Shown: positions 23,110-37,359 of the stretch, piece after piece
How the letters are laid out: each line of letters begins with the position of its first letter
How positions within the stretch are numbered: the stretch's first letter is position 1
From: Pristiophorus japonicus
Lineage: Eukaryota
Direction: 5' to 3'
DNA length: 64,000 bases
Assembly (NCBI RefSeq): GCF_044704955.1
Contig: NC_091988.1
Span: 84,692,001-84,756,000 of the forward strand
Made by a program: the position numbers and the translations under genes
The notes under the pieces: generated by a model
Databases searched by the model: none
What the model saw: only the letters and a program-made list of their open reading frames with translations
Told to the model about the DNA's origin: nothing

Positions 23110-24640
23110 TCTATGGGTACATAAAGAAAGAATAGTTAAGGTAAATGTTGGCCCCCTAGAGAATGAGACTGGGGAACAGGGAAATGGCAGACATTGAACA
23201 AATATTTTGTAATCTTCGGTAGACAATTTTTTACTGCTCCAATGATTGACCTGGACCTTATATATTTGTCACTGGTCACCATCCAGCACCTGATGGCCTA
23301 CCTGCAGTAAACTGGCTGCTGTGCATTCTCCCTGCCCCACAGGGGACAATGGAAAGCGTTGTGACGTCGAGGAAGCCATGCCCCTGTCACACCCTGCTCC
23401 GAGGCAGGTGGACTCATGTTGCCCAAAGATGGCACCTAAAACTCACTGCAACCCCCGACAGTAAAAAAAGCCCTTCCACCCAAAGGTGCCCCGCTGCCGA
23501 CTCGGTAGCCAAATCTCTCCACCCGCACATGTACTTGAGTAAGTCTGCAGGGAGGTTGTGCGCTGCCCAGGACGCTCCTCCATCCTCCGCAGTGGCTGTG
23601 AAACACGCCTGTCCACCAGTAATCTCCCACATGGAAGGTTATTGCACAAGATAAAAGTTCACGGGGTTGGGGGTAATATATTAGCATGGATAGAGGATTG
23701 GCTAACACAAGAGTCGGGATAAATGGGTAATTTCCCACTTGGCGAACAGTAACTAGTGGGGTGCTGCAGGGATCGGTGCTGGGTCCTCGACTATGTACAA
23801 TCTATTAATGACTTGGATGAAAGGACCGAGTGTAATGTAGCCAAGTTTGCTGATACAAAGATGGGTGGGAAAGCAAATTGTGAGGAGGACACAATCTGCA
23901 AAGGGATATAGACAAGCTAAGTGGGCAAAAATTTAGCAGCTGGAGTATAATGTGGGAAAATGTAAGGTTATCCACTTTGGCAGCAATAATTGAGAAGCAA
24001 ATTATAATTTTAAATGAAGATAAATTGCAAAATGCTGCGGGGCGGGGGGGTCCTTGTGCAAGAAACAAAGTTAGTATGCAGCGACAGCAAGTAATCAGGA
24101 AGGCAAATGGCATGTTGGCCTTTATTGCAAGAGGGATAGAGTATCGAAGCAGGGAAGTCCTGCTACAACTGTACAGGGTATTGGTGAGGCCACACCTGGA
24201 TTACTGTGTACAGTTTTGGTCTCAGTATTTAAGGAAGGATATACTTGCATTGGAGGTTGTTCAGAGAAAGTTTACTAGGTTGATTCTGGCGCTAAGGGGG
24301 TTGACTTATGAAAGTAGGTTGGGCCTATATCATTGGCGTTCAGAAGAATGTGAGATATTGACAAGATAATGAGCTTGACCAGGTGGATGCAGAGGACTTA
24401 GTCTCAGAATAGGGGGCTGCCCATTTAAAACTAAGATGAGGAATTTCTTCTCGAGTGTTGTAAATCTATGGAACTCTCTGTCCCAGAGCGCTGCAGTCAT
24501 TGAATATATTTAAGCTGGTGATAGGTTTTTGAGCGGGCAGGGAAGGGAGCTGAGTTCATTATCAGGTCAGCCATGATCTTATTAATTGGTGGAGCATGCT
24601 CGAGGGACCAGGTTGCCAACTCCTGCACCTATTATTCTCA
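23110..24640 (+). mobile_element. Old CR1 remnant (unit 3)
   Basis: ORF 23950-24369 with the same CR1 RT C-terminal motifs. Confidence 0.75.
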
Positions 24641-27600
24641 TACTACTTCTGGGCTCCCTGACCAGAGGAAATATTTTTCCCCACCAATTCCTTTTAACCT
24701 ACATCTCAATTCGATCACCCTTTTTCCTTCTTTACTCAAGGAATACGAACCTAGTCGAAGCAGCCTGTTTGTATAATTTAGCCCTAGTATCATTCTGATA
24801 AATATTGGCCAGAACATGTAGAGGACTGACCTCTTTTCAATAGTCCCATCGGATATTTTACGGCCGCTAGAGAGGCCAGATGGAGCCACGGTTGAACGTC
24901 CCATCAGAAAGACGAACCTCTACCAATGCAGTGCTCCTTCAGTATTCAACTAGTGTTGGCCTGGATTTTGTGCTGCAGTCTCTGGAGTGGGATTTGCATA
25001 CATGATCTTCTGACCTCAGGTAGGGGTGCTACCTACTGAGGCAAATTCAATGTCTGATCTCCTCTGTACTAAACATTGTTAATGGTACTGAGGCCAACAG
25101 AGCAGAAAATCCCAGATTCGATGCTTGGTCTGCTCAGTGTTTGCCAATCTCAGCAAGGGGAGCAGTGTGGGGGAATAGAGTTGGCCTCTGACTCTTGGCT
25201 AGTGCGGTGGCAAGTTAGCTGAAGATTCTTGCTCCTGATCACCATCCGGACATCCTGTCTGGAAAGTGCAGTTATGAGGAGTGTATTCAAATTTCTGATG
25301 CTGTTTTCCAATCCTCAACCCAACACTCCCTCAATATCCCTTTCCCAACTCCACCCCTAGGCTGGAATCAGTATAAAACTCCCCTTGGGCTGTACTTGTA
25401 AACTTTTTGTATATATAAAGCACCATGATCTGAAAACACCATGTAATGCAAGTTCTGTTCAGTAATGTATGTTGCAAAGAAATCTAACTGTAACCTCACC
25501 CATTCCATGTACTGTAATTTGATGACTGTATTACAATGTATCCTGAATTGTACCTCTGCAATGTAAAGCAAGCAAATGTATTGAACGGAACCGCTGTCAG
25601 TATCCAACTGTATTGTATTAAATTGCTGACCACATCCAACTGTACTGAACTGCTTTTCAATGTATTTTGAATATAAAAATTTACAAGTATACTTGGAAAT
25701 GAAACAAAAACTCCACTTCCCTACCCTACCACGGTCAAGTAACGAAAACATGCATTGGCTGGGCATACAAGAACAGCAGCCAATCAGGGTGAGGAATCTC
25801 TTTGAATCAATGCCTTCAGGCAAGGAGAACATTGGAGTGGGGAACAAAAAGACCCAAACTAAAACAAATTGAGCTTTCTTCTTTGGGCTTTTGGGATTCA
25901 AGGTATGGATTTGACCCAGCCTGATGAAATGGAAGACACTATACTCTTTTTCTCCCTTTCTTTTTTTTTTTACTCCCTGCTGCCTTTACTGGTTAGAGGA
26001 TAATCTCCACTCTTCCCAACCCAGACCCACAGCACAAAACTAACTCTCAATCAGGTGCTTAAAAATGGTCGTTCTCACTCTCCCAGCTCACAAGGAGTGT
26101 CTAGTGTGAGATGGGGTAATGCCACACTGGTATAGGGGTTCTTGCCCATGTCCGCGCAGTGTTAATTTTCATTGTTGGGGTCAGCATTCCTCTTCCCAAA
26201 TCTCCAACCACCATTGTAAAAGGTCTGGGAATCTGGTTCGAAAATGAAATTGTGGGGAAAACTGGCCCGCCCTGGATTACCCTGGAGTCTACACAAAATA
26301 AAGATAAATCTCCACGACACTGCTGCAAGCAGAAAAATCACAGGAGCATTAAAATAAATTGTCGTCTTCATTTTCTCTGAGTACTTCTGTTTATTGATGA
26401 TAAAAATATTGGAGAAAGGATAAAATGGTTATCTGACTGGGAATCAAGAATCACCTGCGTGGGTAAGGAAATGACTCCGCTCTTCAATCAGGATGGGAAG
26501 GTGGGGTGCCCTCAGGATGAACGTGTTGGTGGAGGGGTTGGAGGTCATGTGATGAAACCTCCAGGAATATGTCCAAAGAGGAGTTGGCCGTTCTGCCTGG
26601 GTATCGGAACACTCCGACTGGGTTACCGCCTCCGCATCTTATTCATTCATAGAGTAGCTTTATATATTACACGAGTCGATCTCTCCTGGTGTTGTTCATG
26701 GGAAGTCCAGGATCTCTTTCTTGATAACTATAGGGGCCCTGTGGAAGATTATACATAATAGAGGCCCAACTGGTCAGCCATGGTGCAATAGGTAACATGC
26801 TCGCACCTCAGTCAGAAGGTTGTGGGTTCAAGTCCCACTTGAGGGAGTTGAGCAGGTAATCCAGGCCAACACTTCCAGTGCAGTACTGAGAGAGTGCTGC
26901 ACTGTCGGAGGTGCCGTCTTACGGATAAGACATTAAACTGAGACTCTGCCTGTAATTCTGTCATTACAACTGTGACCACACTTCAAAAATTCTTTGTTGA
27001 CTGTAAAGTGCTTTTGGATGTTCCGTGGTTGTGAAATGTGCTATATAGACACAAGGGGCGAGATCTTCGGCTTTCCGTCTTCAGGGTGAAAACAGAGGCG
27101 AGGCAGGAAATTTACTGCCCAATTAACGTTAGCGATTAATTGCTTAACTTTCAACATTTGGGCTCTGTGCCAGAGGTGGAGCGCAAAGGGAGGCGTTGAA
27201 CTACTTTTGCAGCGCAAAAACAGGAACCTCGCCAACTTTAGTGCGGGGCCAGGAGCGCTCAGAGAGAGGCCTTGGGAGGGGAAAAAACGTCAAAAAATCA
27301 TTAAAGAAACATTGCCAACACCCTTATCTCACAAATTGCTGCAAAAATGAAAACATTAAAAATTTTAACTTACCTTTTTTCCAGTTTATCCAACTCACCA
27401 CCGTCGACAGGGCTGTGTTTTCCCTGGTGGTCATCGTGGGGCGCGTTTCGCGGCGTACGGGTCGAGTGAGACTCGAAACTCGCAGCGGTGTCACAATGTG
27501 AGCCGGTGCACACCTGGCGCAGCTCTCCCCGGTGTTTCTAAGCATCGCCGCCGCAAAAAACGAATCGAGGATCGCGACAGGGTGAAAAACATCTGACCGA

Positions 27601-30022
27601 CAGATTTTTCGCCGCGGAGGGTCAAAACCTGGCAAAAACCCGATCGCAAATGACCCCAAAATCCAGCCCAAGTTCTTTCTTTCTTTTCACTGGGTGTACA
27701 AATGGATTGTCCATTTTACCATAGTAGAACCACACTAAAACATGACGCATCGGGACACTTCCTCCAATGGGGCCGCGCCACACTACCTGAGCACAGCTTC
27801 TGCCGAAACCAAACCACAAGTTCCTGAGGCGGCGGTTAATCCCCCCAATAAACCACAGCCAGCTTCCTCCACATCTTCCTGCCAAGGTCATGAACAACAC
27901 ACCACAGCACTCCATAAACCAATTAATCAGCAAGGCCAGGAATTATAGCAGGGCATTGGTTGACTTTCCCCCCTTCCAGAACCGACACTAAGGCAAATTG
28001 ATCAACACCATGGGCCAAGATTAGTAAGCTCAGGACAAGTTCAGAAGTTAAATGTGGTGTCTGCTTGCCTGTCTGGTTCAGTTCCACCCTGTCCATCCTG
28101 AGTGAGCTATTGGGTCGTAGATCAGGAGCTGGGATTCCAGGGCAGGGACTAAGGAGTGAGCAGGGGAAGGTGGGAGAGGGGGCGGAGGGCTCCGGGGAGG
28201 TCCCAGAGTAACAGAAGAGGGTGGGGGCGGGAAGGTAGGGGAAGGGGATGGGGGGCAGGGACAGTTGCAGGGGGTGGGGTCTGGACCAGCTGGTTTGGCA
28301 GGGCTCGGACAGGGGGTGGGGAACAGTGCGAGTGGTGAGGTGCTGGGGCACGTAGTGACCAGTTGAAGGGGAAAGGTGTGGGAATAGGGACGGGGGGTGG
28401 GTGGGGCTAGGAGGTAGGTAACAGACATTGGGGTGCAGGAATTGTGGATGGGGTGGGGTCAGTAGGTGGCAGCATCAGTGGGGGGAGGGGGCAGGGGATA
28501 GTTAGCAGGGTGCTGGAATTGGGGATGTGGGTGAGCTCAGGAGCCAGGAGTGGGAGAGGAGGGAAGCTCAAGTGGCAAAAGAATTTTCAATAATAATCGA
28601 GAGAAAAGAAGAATTCTGTAAAAACTTGACCTCTGACCCAGGGCCTGGCGAAGACAAATATTCACAGGCCCAGACTGAGTGCAGCCCACGGGTTGGGATG
28701 GTTCACTCAGCCTTCCTGTCTCTCCTCCTCGGTCTTGTCCATGCTCAGGTGGCCCTGGAGAGGGAGCATGCGGTGCCCATTGGTACACTCGAGTCCTCCT
28801 GCAACCGATGGGTACCGCAGGGAAAGGAAAGTCTTATCGACACGAGTAATAATATTGTGATTTACATTATGAGTTTATTTTAGTTTAATAGGTGATGATG
28901 TTTAATTATATTAGTGGTGCCGCCTCAGTTTAAGGGGCATTTGTGCAGCTGCCTCTCTGTTGGTGGAACTGGGCAATCCAGCATCACTTCTATTGATTTA
29001 TTAAAATAAACCAAGACATGACCAATTCTCCACATGCAATCAGCTATTGGACCTCAACAGGTCACTACAGACTGCATCAGGCTGTAGGGCAGTTAACCTG
29101 TTTAGATCTGAATCCGATCTCACTCTGAACAAGTCTCCAATCGTTTTAGGGTCTTGCACCAAAAGGATTGTAAAAGAGCCCATGTACAGCTTTAAAACTA
29201 ACAACAACCTGCACTTATGTAGCACCTTTAACATCATAAGATGACCCAAGGAGCTTCACAGGAAAGTTATCAAACACAATTTGACACTGAGTCACAAGTG
29301 GAGATATTAGAACAGGTGATCAAAAACTTGTCAAATAGATAGGTCTTAAAGAGCGTCTTACAGGAGGACAAAAGCAAAATACTCCAGGTGCTGGAAATTT
29401 GAAATAAAATCAAAAATTTTGGAAATACTCAGCAGGTCAGGCAACATTTTGGAGAGAGAAACACAGTTAACGTTTCAGGTCGATGAACTTCCATGAGAAT
29501 TTAATGTCGATGACCTTTCATCAGCGTCTGAAAGGAGGAGAAATGCAGAGAGGAGGAGAGGTTCAGGGAGGATATCACACAGCTTAGGGCAAAGGCAGTT
29601 GAAGGCACAGCCACCAATGTTGGAGCAATCGAAATCAGGGAGATGCAAGAGTCCACAATTGGAGGAGTGCAGAGATCTCGGAGCGTTGCAGGGTTAGAGG
29701 ACCCGAGGCAGGGGCGGAGTCGGGCAGTGGTACAGAGATGGAAATAGACTTCTTTCAGTTCAACATTATCAAAGCTCTTAATAAAATATAGCTCTGTATT
29801 TATCTGAAGTTGTAAAGTATGATTAAATTTACATAGTTTGAATAGAATGTATGTTCTTTAGGTGTCTGTATATGTTTCTTTCATTATATTCTGTTTCAGT
29901 AAATGTTCAGTACATCAAAAAACAAAAGCTGAATTTGTCTTGTTCCCAGAGACCCAGATAGTCTCCTACCTGGAGCATCTCCCGATCACTGAACCAGTCT
30001 GTGTGAAAAACTTTCTGGAAAC

Positions 30023-30116
30023 AACCAATTAGTAAGAATGTTGAATAGTCTATTGGTTTAGTTTAGCCACACCTGCTCCAATTGTTTTCAGGTGATGGCA
30101 GGCTGTGTGTATAAAA
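30023..30116 (+). promoter_or_regulatory. ZP3 copy 3 proximal promoter
   Basis: Same CCAAT/ATTGG, CACCTG-CAATTG-CAGGTG and TATAAAA (30110-30116) as copy 1. Confidence 0.72.
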
Positions 30117-30168
30117 GGGGATCAGGGGACTCCCCACAGAGAACAGTTGAGCTGCAGTAGTTTGTATT

Positions 30169-33100
30169 ATGGGGCAACTAGTGAAGGGTTTGGTGCCTCT
30201 ATTGGTTTTGATCGGAGTGGTTTGTTGCTCTGATACCAGGCAGCAGTTTAGAAACTTGGACTTCCCATGGAGCATTCAGAAGGCCACTCGTGTCCCTCCA
30301 GGCCCAGCTTTTGGTTCTGGTTTCAGTAAGTCTGAGGGGCGAAGTGTGTCTCCACTGCAGACTGTGATGGTGCAGTGTGGAGAGCAGAACCTGCTGGTCA
30401 GTGTACAGATGGATTTATTTGGAACCAGGCACCTGATTAAAGCAGCTGATCTGACCCTGGGGTCAACAGGTTGTCGGCCAACTGGGGTCTACTCTCAGAA
30501 CCACACCGTCCTATTTCATTATGGGCTCCATGAATGTGACAGCACAGTAAAGGTAATGTGATTCTTGATCTAAAACCTTCTGCAAACAAAGGGCCCCTGG
30601 GAGGAGGAACACTGGCATGGACTAGTTGGGCTGAATGGACTGTTTGTGCTGAACATTCTATGAAATATATGGACCTGTAACAATATGATTTTAATGTAAG
30701 CTTTCATTTTGATTGGGCTTTATGTTCAGAATATTTTAGTGAGGCCTGTTTAAATGAGATACTCATGGAGGTTTCTTTCCCTGATTCAACCTTTTATTGA
30801 TTGAAAATAAACTGGTCATCTGGACTGAAGTACATGGTTACTAGACTGTCTTGAGCAATGTAACAGTGGAGGGTGAGATGAAGGATTGTGGCTACATGGG
30901 TGACTTTTTTTGATGTACATTTGCTGGTTTAGTTTTGATTTGAGATTGGTTGGGACACAGTTGGAGTTCCATGCTATTTTTGACTTGTAGAAAGAATCAT
31001 GGGAACTGATTGCTAAATATTCAAGTGTTCTTTATGCAAAAATGCTTGGAAAAATTGAGGCATTTTTCAACAAATTAAGCTGCCCCTAGAGTAAAGGCAG
31101 AACATGCTTATGGTGAAATTGTACTGAGGAAACCTAGACTGAAGACAATGCTTTGAAGGAATTCTCAGGATTGTTGAAATTTGGAATGTTATGTCTTGAA
31201 TAGTCAGACTAGATACGGCAAGCTCAAAGTAAGCTGTGACCATAGTCCTTTTTATTACAGATCAGAGTCCCCTGAGACCTATTGATATATAAAAATATAA
31301 TATATTATTTACAGCTTTATATGCATCACCATGTGACCATAAAGTACTGAGACCCAATGGAGCAGTTATCCCTGGTGCTGTCTTCCATCCCTAAACCCCT
31401 CTGCCTTTCTACCACTCCATCTGTTTATGGCACTTATTAAAACTTTGTTTGTGGCCAAGCCTTTGGTCAAATATCTTGTGTTGATTTGGTGCCAAACCTT
31501 TTTCTGAACCTCCCTGTGAAGTGCCTTAATGTTTTACAATGTCAAGTGAGTTTTATATAAATGCACAAGTGCTTGATTGTGGTTCACTTCCCCCAGAGGC
31601 CTACAATATCTCTTCAAATGGATTTGGATAGGGCTGGGACTCTAATAGAAGTATGAATTGCTGTGTGTGTTTCTCCAAACACTGCTCTCTTGTCCAAGAA
31701 TAACTCCCTTGTTCTGTACCTGACCAGATCACATTTTCTCTCCCAGATGACGGATGACCTGCTGATTTACACCAGCCACCTGTACTACAGGCCAAGCCAT
31801 ATTGGAGTCATTGTGAGAACCAGTGGAGTAGTTGTCCCTATTGTGTGCCATTATCCCAGGTAAGGTGGATGATTGACAGGCTCTCCTTTTCTCTGATGGG
31901 GTAGTGAATTGGAAGTAAAACTTGCCTTGCTCCTTCCCACAGGAAGAGGACAGTGAGCAGCAATGCGATCAAGCCCACCTGGGTCCCCTTCTCCTCCACC
32001 AAGGCAGGAGAGGGACGTCTGTCATTCTCCCTGCGTCTGATGACTGGTAAGTGATCGTCAATTATCTACCATGCATGTTTTACCCATTCCTTGGAATCAA
32101 GTGAGGAACCCAAAGCTTGTGTTCCTGCTCTCATTCCCTTTCCCTTTCCAGCTAACTGGAGTGCAGAGCGTACCTCCAATATCTACCACCTGGGTGACCT
32201 CATTAATATCGAGGCCTCTGTGATGACCATGAACCACATGCCTCTGAAGCTCTATATTGACCGCTGTATAGCTACACTGAGCCCAGACCAGGACTCTACC
32301 CCCAGATACAACATTATTGACTTCAACGGGTAAGGTCTTTATCTGGGCTGCATATGTCACTCTCGTAACTGTTTGGTGGAGGAAATCCATTCTTAATGAT
32401 GCAGCTCTTTCTGACCCTCTTTCCAGTTGCCTGTTGGACAGCCGAGACGAAGACTCCTTTTCTTCCTTCGTGTCACCGCGAGATCACCTGGAGAAGCTTC
32501 AGTTCAAGCTGGATGCATTCCGCTTCTTTGAAGACGACAGGGACTTGGTAAGAGGAGACCAGATGTTGAGACAGTGAGCGTTTGACACTGAGTAACTTGT
32601 GCATGTGTCTCCTGCAGATCTTCATCACTTGCCACCTGAAAATAGCTGCAGCAGATCAAAGGCCAGATTCAGTCAACAAAGCTTGTTCCTTCCAGAAGCC
32701 AGCCAACCAGTGAGTGAAATCTAACCAACAATGGTGATCCTCTTTGGTCAGAATGAATCCATATGCCAATGGTGTGCTTCCTTGTTTGTTTAGATGGTCC
32801 CTGGTGACTGAATTGGACCTGTCCATGGTGGAAGGATCCAATGAGGTTTGTGCCTGTTGTGATGGGGGCAACTGCGGAGCCTCGAGATTGCGATCTGGAG
32901 GAAGACTTCACTCCAGGGGCAGGAGAGAGGTCCTATCTGAGCTGGGTATGTTGTGGTGGTATTGGGTGTTGGGGCTATTGTTTGTTGTTTGTTTGTAACT
33001 GGATGGAATGAATTGTTGCAGAGTCGGAGCCTGTGTGGGAGGGTGAAGTCTCCCTTGGACCCCTGATCATTCTGGATGCTGATCTGAAGGACCTGGTCCA

Positions 33101-33316
33101 TTCGATGGGAAGTGAAGCTGTCGAGACTCGTGAGGAGATTCCGAGTTCTTCTCCAGGTGAGTGTTGATTTTCAGAACCCAATTCCAGTCTAGTGACTCCT
33201 GACTCAATGGCTTCTCATTCTCTGCAGGTGAGGTGCTTCTGGTTGTGACGTTGGCAGCTGGGGCCCTGATCTCAGCCACTCTGGTGGCTGCCTTCCTCTT
33301 CAGGAAACTCACCTGA
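30169..33316 (+). CDS. ZP3: ZP3-like copy 3, intact, 9 coding exons, ~455 aa
   Basis: Exons 30169-30552, 31747-31859 (in-frame 3-nt deletion, IGV vs IGGV), 31943-32046, 32152-32329, 32427-32547, 32618-32709, 32794-32945, 33022-33156, 33228-33316. All ZP cysteines, RGRR and the TM are retained; ends RKLT*. Confidence 0.92.
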
Positions 33317-34327
33317 ATCCTTTCTCTCATTTGGGCTTTTCCATCATTTGTCAAAAAATGTAGTAATAAATTTGAAATGTGACTTGCTTGAATTAGTCTT
33401 TGGTCTTGGTGTTTTGAACTTCAGTTGTTTCCAAGGCCCTTTTGCCTGTTTAAATTCCACATTTCCCTTGGAATGGTTATTTAAAAAAAAAAAAAAAAAA
33501 AAAAATTCCTAGTGCAGCTGCTTGTGCTATCATGATACTGGTCACGGCACCCATCCCACTCCCACTTTCTCTAATGAGCCTCCATTCCCTCCGACTGTTT
33601 CCAGCACATTAGTCGGTCCCGGTTCTCTGATTTAGTGAAATGGCCTTTTGCCCATCTGCAATATTTTACATCAGTTAAATGCCACAGGGTTTTTTTTCTT
33701 CATCCCAAATTGGTCCCAGTAGTGTGCAGATCACTGTTGGAAGGTTGAAATCCCAGCTGGAACACAATATTGAGTGAAGAATTGGGTCTGCCTGTGAGAC
33801 CCTCCTTGGTAGAGCAAGACTGCTAATACTCACAGGTGAAGAATGAATGAATTTAGGCAGCAAAGGGCAGCTAACACCCTTGTAACTATTGGTGTGAGTC
33901 AACCATTCAGCAGAGAAAATGAGGGCCAGGGTTGAGTTACTGCAGATTATATAAATATGTTTGCAAACTGTTTCCGTTTTGTTGGTAATGATGCCATTCA
34001 ACTGGGCTTTTTCCCAAAAGCCAGTGACTCACTGACCCTAGCAGCTCCTTTACTCCCTGCACCTGCTGCCTATTTCCTTGCCCTTTCATTTGATTGACAA
34101 ACCTGGGCGCACAAATAATACATGGGAGAAAAATTCCAAGCTGAAGTGGAGCCTCTTGGCTGATTTCAATAGTCGCAGGATACTTGAAGTGGGTTAGTGT
34201 TGCAGCTGGTGACTTCTGCAGGGAGAGGATTTGGGGAGTGAGGAGTGAAGTTCTTCCAGAAAAAGGAAGACCAACCAACCTAACATGGTGTTGGAACAAG
34301 TGGTGGTGGTGAGGTATGAATTATCAT

Positions 34328-37300
34328 TACTGGTTCTGGGGGAGGTGGGACCAGTACAAACCAAATGGTCTGCACCTGGGCAGGACCGGAACAAATGTCC
34401 TAGGGGGAGTGTTTGCTAGTGCTGTTGGGGAGGAGTTAAACTAATATGGCAGGGGGATGGGAACCAATGCAGGGAGACAGGGAAACAAAAAGGAGACTAA
34501 AGCAAAAGACAGAAAGGAGATGAAGAAAAGTAGAGGGCAGAGAAACCCAAGGCAAAGAACAAAAAGGGCCACTGTACAGCAAAATTCTAAAAGGACAAAG
34601 GGTGTTTAAAAAAACAAGCCTGAAGGCTTTGTGTCTTAATGTAAGGAGCATCTGTAATAAGGTGGATGAATTAAGTATGCAAATAGATGTTAACAAATGA
34701 TGTGATTGGGATTAGAGACGTGGCTCCAGGATGATCAGGGCTTGGAACTCAACTTCCAGGGGTATTCAACATTCAGGAAGGATAGATTAAAGGAAAAGAA
34801 GGTGGGGTAGCATTGCTGGTTAAGGAGGAGATTAATGCAATAGTTGGGAAGGACATTAGCTTGGATGATGTGGAATCTATATGGGTAGAGCTGCAGAACA
34901 CCAAAGGGCAAAAAATGTTAGTGGGAGTTGTGTACAGACCTCCAAACAGTAGTAGTGATGTTGGGGAGGGCATCAAACAGGAAATTAGGGGTGCATGCAA
35001 TAAAGGTGCAGCAGTTATAATGGGTGACTTTAATATGCACATAGATTGGGCTAACCAAACTGGAAGCAATACAGTGGAGGATTTCCTGGAGTGCATAAGG
35101 GATGGTTTTCTAGACCAATATGTCGAGGAACCAACTAGGGGGGAGGCCATCTTAGACTGGGTGTTTAATGAGAGGATTAATTAGCAATCTTGTTGTGCGA
35201 GGCCCCTTGGAGAAGAGTGACCATAATATGGTTGAATTCTGCATTAGGATGGAGAATGTAAGTGTTAATTCAGAGACCATAGTCCAGAACTTGAAGGGTA
35301 ACTTTGAAGGTATGAGGTGTGAATTGGCTAGGATAGATTGGCGAATGATACTTAAGGGGTTGACTTGGATGGGCAATGGCAGACATTTAGAGACCGCATG
35401 GATGAATTACAACAATTGTACATTCCTGTCTGGTGTAAAAATAAAAAAGGGAAGGTGGCTATCAAGGGGAAATCAGGGATAGTATTAAAGCCAAGGAAGT
35501 GGCATACAAATTGGCCAGAAATAGCAGCGAACCCAGGGACTGGCTGAAATTTAGAACTTGGCAGAGGCAGACAAAGGGTTTGATTAGGGCAGGGAAAATG
35601 GAGTACGAGAAGAAGCTTGCAGGAAACATTAAGACGGATTGCAAAAATTTCTATAGATATGTAAAGAGAAAAAGGTTAGTGAAGACAAACTTAGGTCCCC
35701 TGCAGTCAGATTCTGGGAAGTCATAATGGGGAACAAAGAAATGGCAGACCAATTGAACAAGTACTTTGGCTCGTTATTCACTCAGGAGGACACAAACAAC
35801 CTTCCAGATATAAAAGGGGTCAGAGGGTCTAGTAAGGAGGAGGAACTGAGGGAAATCCTTATTAGTCGGGAAATTGTGTTGGGGCAATTGATGGGATTGA
35901 AGGCCGATAAATCCCCAGGGCCTGATGGACTGTATCGCAGAGTACTTAAGAAGGTGGCCTTGGAAATAGCGGATGCATTGACAGTCGTTTTCTGACATTC
36001 CATTGATTCTAGATCAATTCCTATCGAGTGGAGGGTAGCCAATGTAACCCCACTTTTTAAAAAAGAGGGAGAGAAAGCAGGGAATTATAGACTGGTCAGC
36101 CTGACATCGGTAGTGGGTAAAATGATGGAATCCAGTATTAAGGATGTCACGGCAGCGCATTTGGAAAGAGGTGACATGATGGGTCCAAGTCAGCATGGAT
36201 TTGTGAAGGGGAAATCATGCTTGACAAATCTTCTGGAATTTTTTGAGCATGTTTCCAGTAGAGTGGACAAAGGAAAACCAGTTGATGTGGTATATTTGGA
36301 CTTTCAGAAGGCTTTTGACAAGGTCTGACACGAGATTAATGTGCAAAATCAAAGTACATGGGATAGTTGGGGGTTGTGTGCTGACATGGATTGAGAACTG
36401 GTTGTCAGACAAGAAGCAAAGAGTAGGAGTAAATGGGTACTTTTCAGAATGGCAGGCAGTGATTAGTGGGGTACCGCAAGGTTCTGTGCTGGGGCCCCAG
36501 CTGTTTACACTGTACATTAATTTAGACGAGGGGATTAAATGTAGTATCTCCAAATTTGCAGATGACATTAAGTTGGGTGGCAGTGTGAGCTGCGAGGAGG
36601 CTGCTATGAGGCTGCAGAGCAACTTGGATAGGTTAGGTGAGTGGGCAAATGCATGGCAGATGAAGTATAATGTGGATAAATGTGAGGTTATCCACTTTGG
36701 TGGTAAAAACAGAGACAGACTATTATCTGAATGGTGACAGATTAGGAAAAGGGGAGGTGCAATGAGACCTGGGTGTCATGGTACATCAGTCATTGAAGGT
36801 TGGCATGCAGATACAGCAGGTGGTTAAGAAAGCAAATGGCATGTTGGCCTTCATAGCGAGGGGATTTGAGTACAGGGGCAGGGAGGTGTTGCTACAGTTG
36901 TACAGAGCCTTGGTGAGTCCACACCTGCAGTATTGTGTACAATTTTGGTCTCCTGAATGGCTTGTATTCATTGGAGTTCAGAAGAAGGAGAGGGGACCTC
37001 ATCGAAACGTTTAAAATTCTGATGGGTTTAGACAGGTTAGATGCAGGAAGAATGTTCCCAATGTTGGGGAAGTCCCAAGCCAGGGGTCACAGTCTAAGGA
37101 TAAGGGGTAAGCCATGTTGGACCGAGATGAGGAGAAACTTCTTCACCCAGAGAGTGGTGAACCTGTGGAGTTCTCTACCACAGAAAGTTGTTGAGGCCAA
37201 TTCACTAAATATATTCAAAAAGGAGTTAGATCGAGTCCTTACTACTAGGGGATCAAGGGGTATGGTGAGAAAGCAGGAATGGGGTACTGAAGTTGCATGT

Positions 37301-37359
37301 TCAGCCATGAGCTCATTGAATGGCCGCCTCCTGCACCTATTTGCTATGTTTCTGTTTCT
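34328..37359 (+). mobile_element. CR1-clade LINE, near-complete ORF2 (AP endonuclease + RT), frameshifted
   Basis: ORF pieces VGVVYRPP, IMGDFN, SDHNM, KSPGPDG, QHGFVKGKSCLTNL, YLDFQKAFDKV, GVPQGSVLGP, KFADD; 3' tail CTATGTTTCTGTTTCT. The empty site GAATTATCATAAGCTGCGG is seen in unit 2 (~21600). Confidence 0.92.

Noticed and set aside
32701-32716. Apparent premature stop (AAC CAG TGA) or lost donor in copy 3 exon 6
   Set aside because: The donor GTGAGT is intact after exon end CA (32709); exon length stays 92 nt and the codon becomes Gln.
33483-33505. Poly(A) run after copy 3 suggesting a retrocopy
   Set aside because: The gene has all its introns, and the run is an expansion of an A-tract present at the same place in the other copies.
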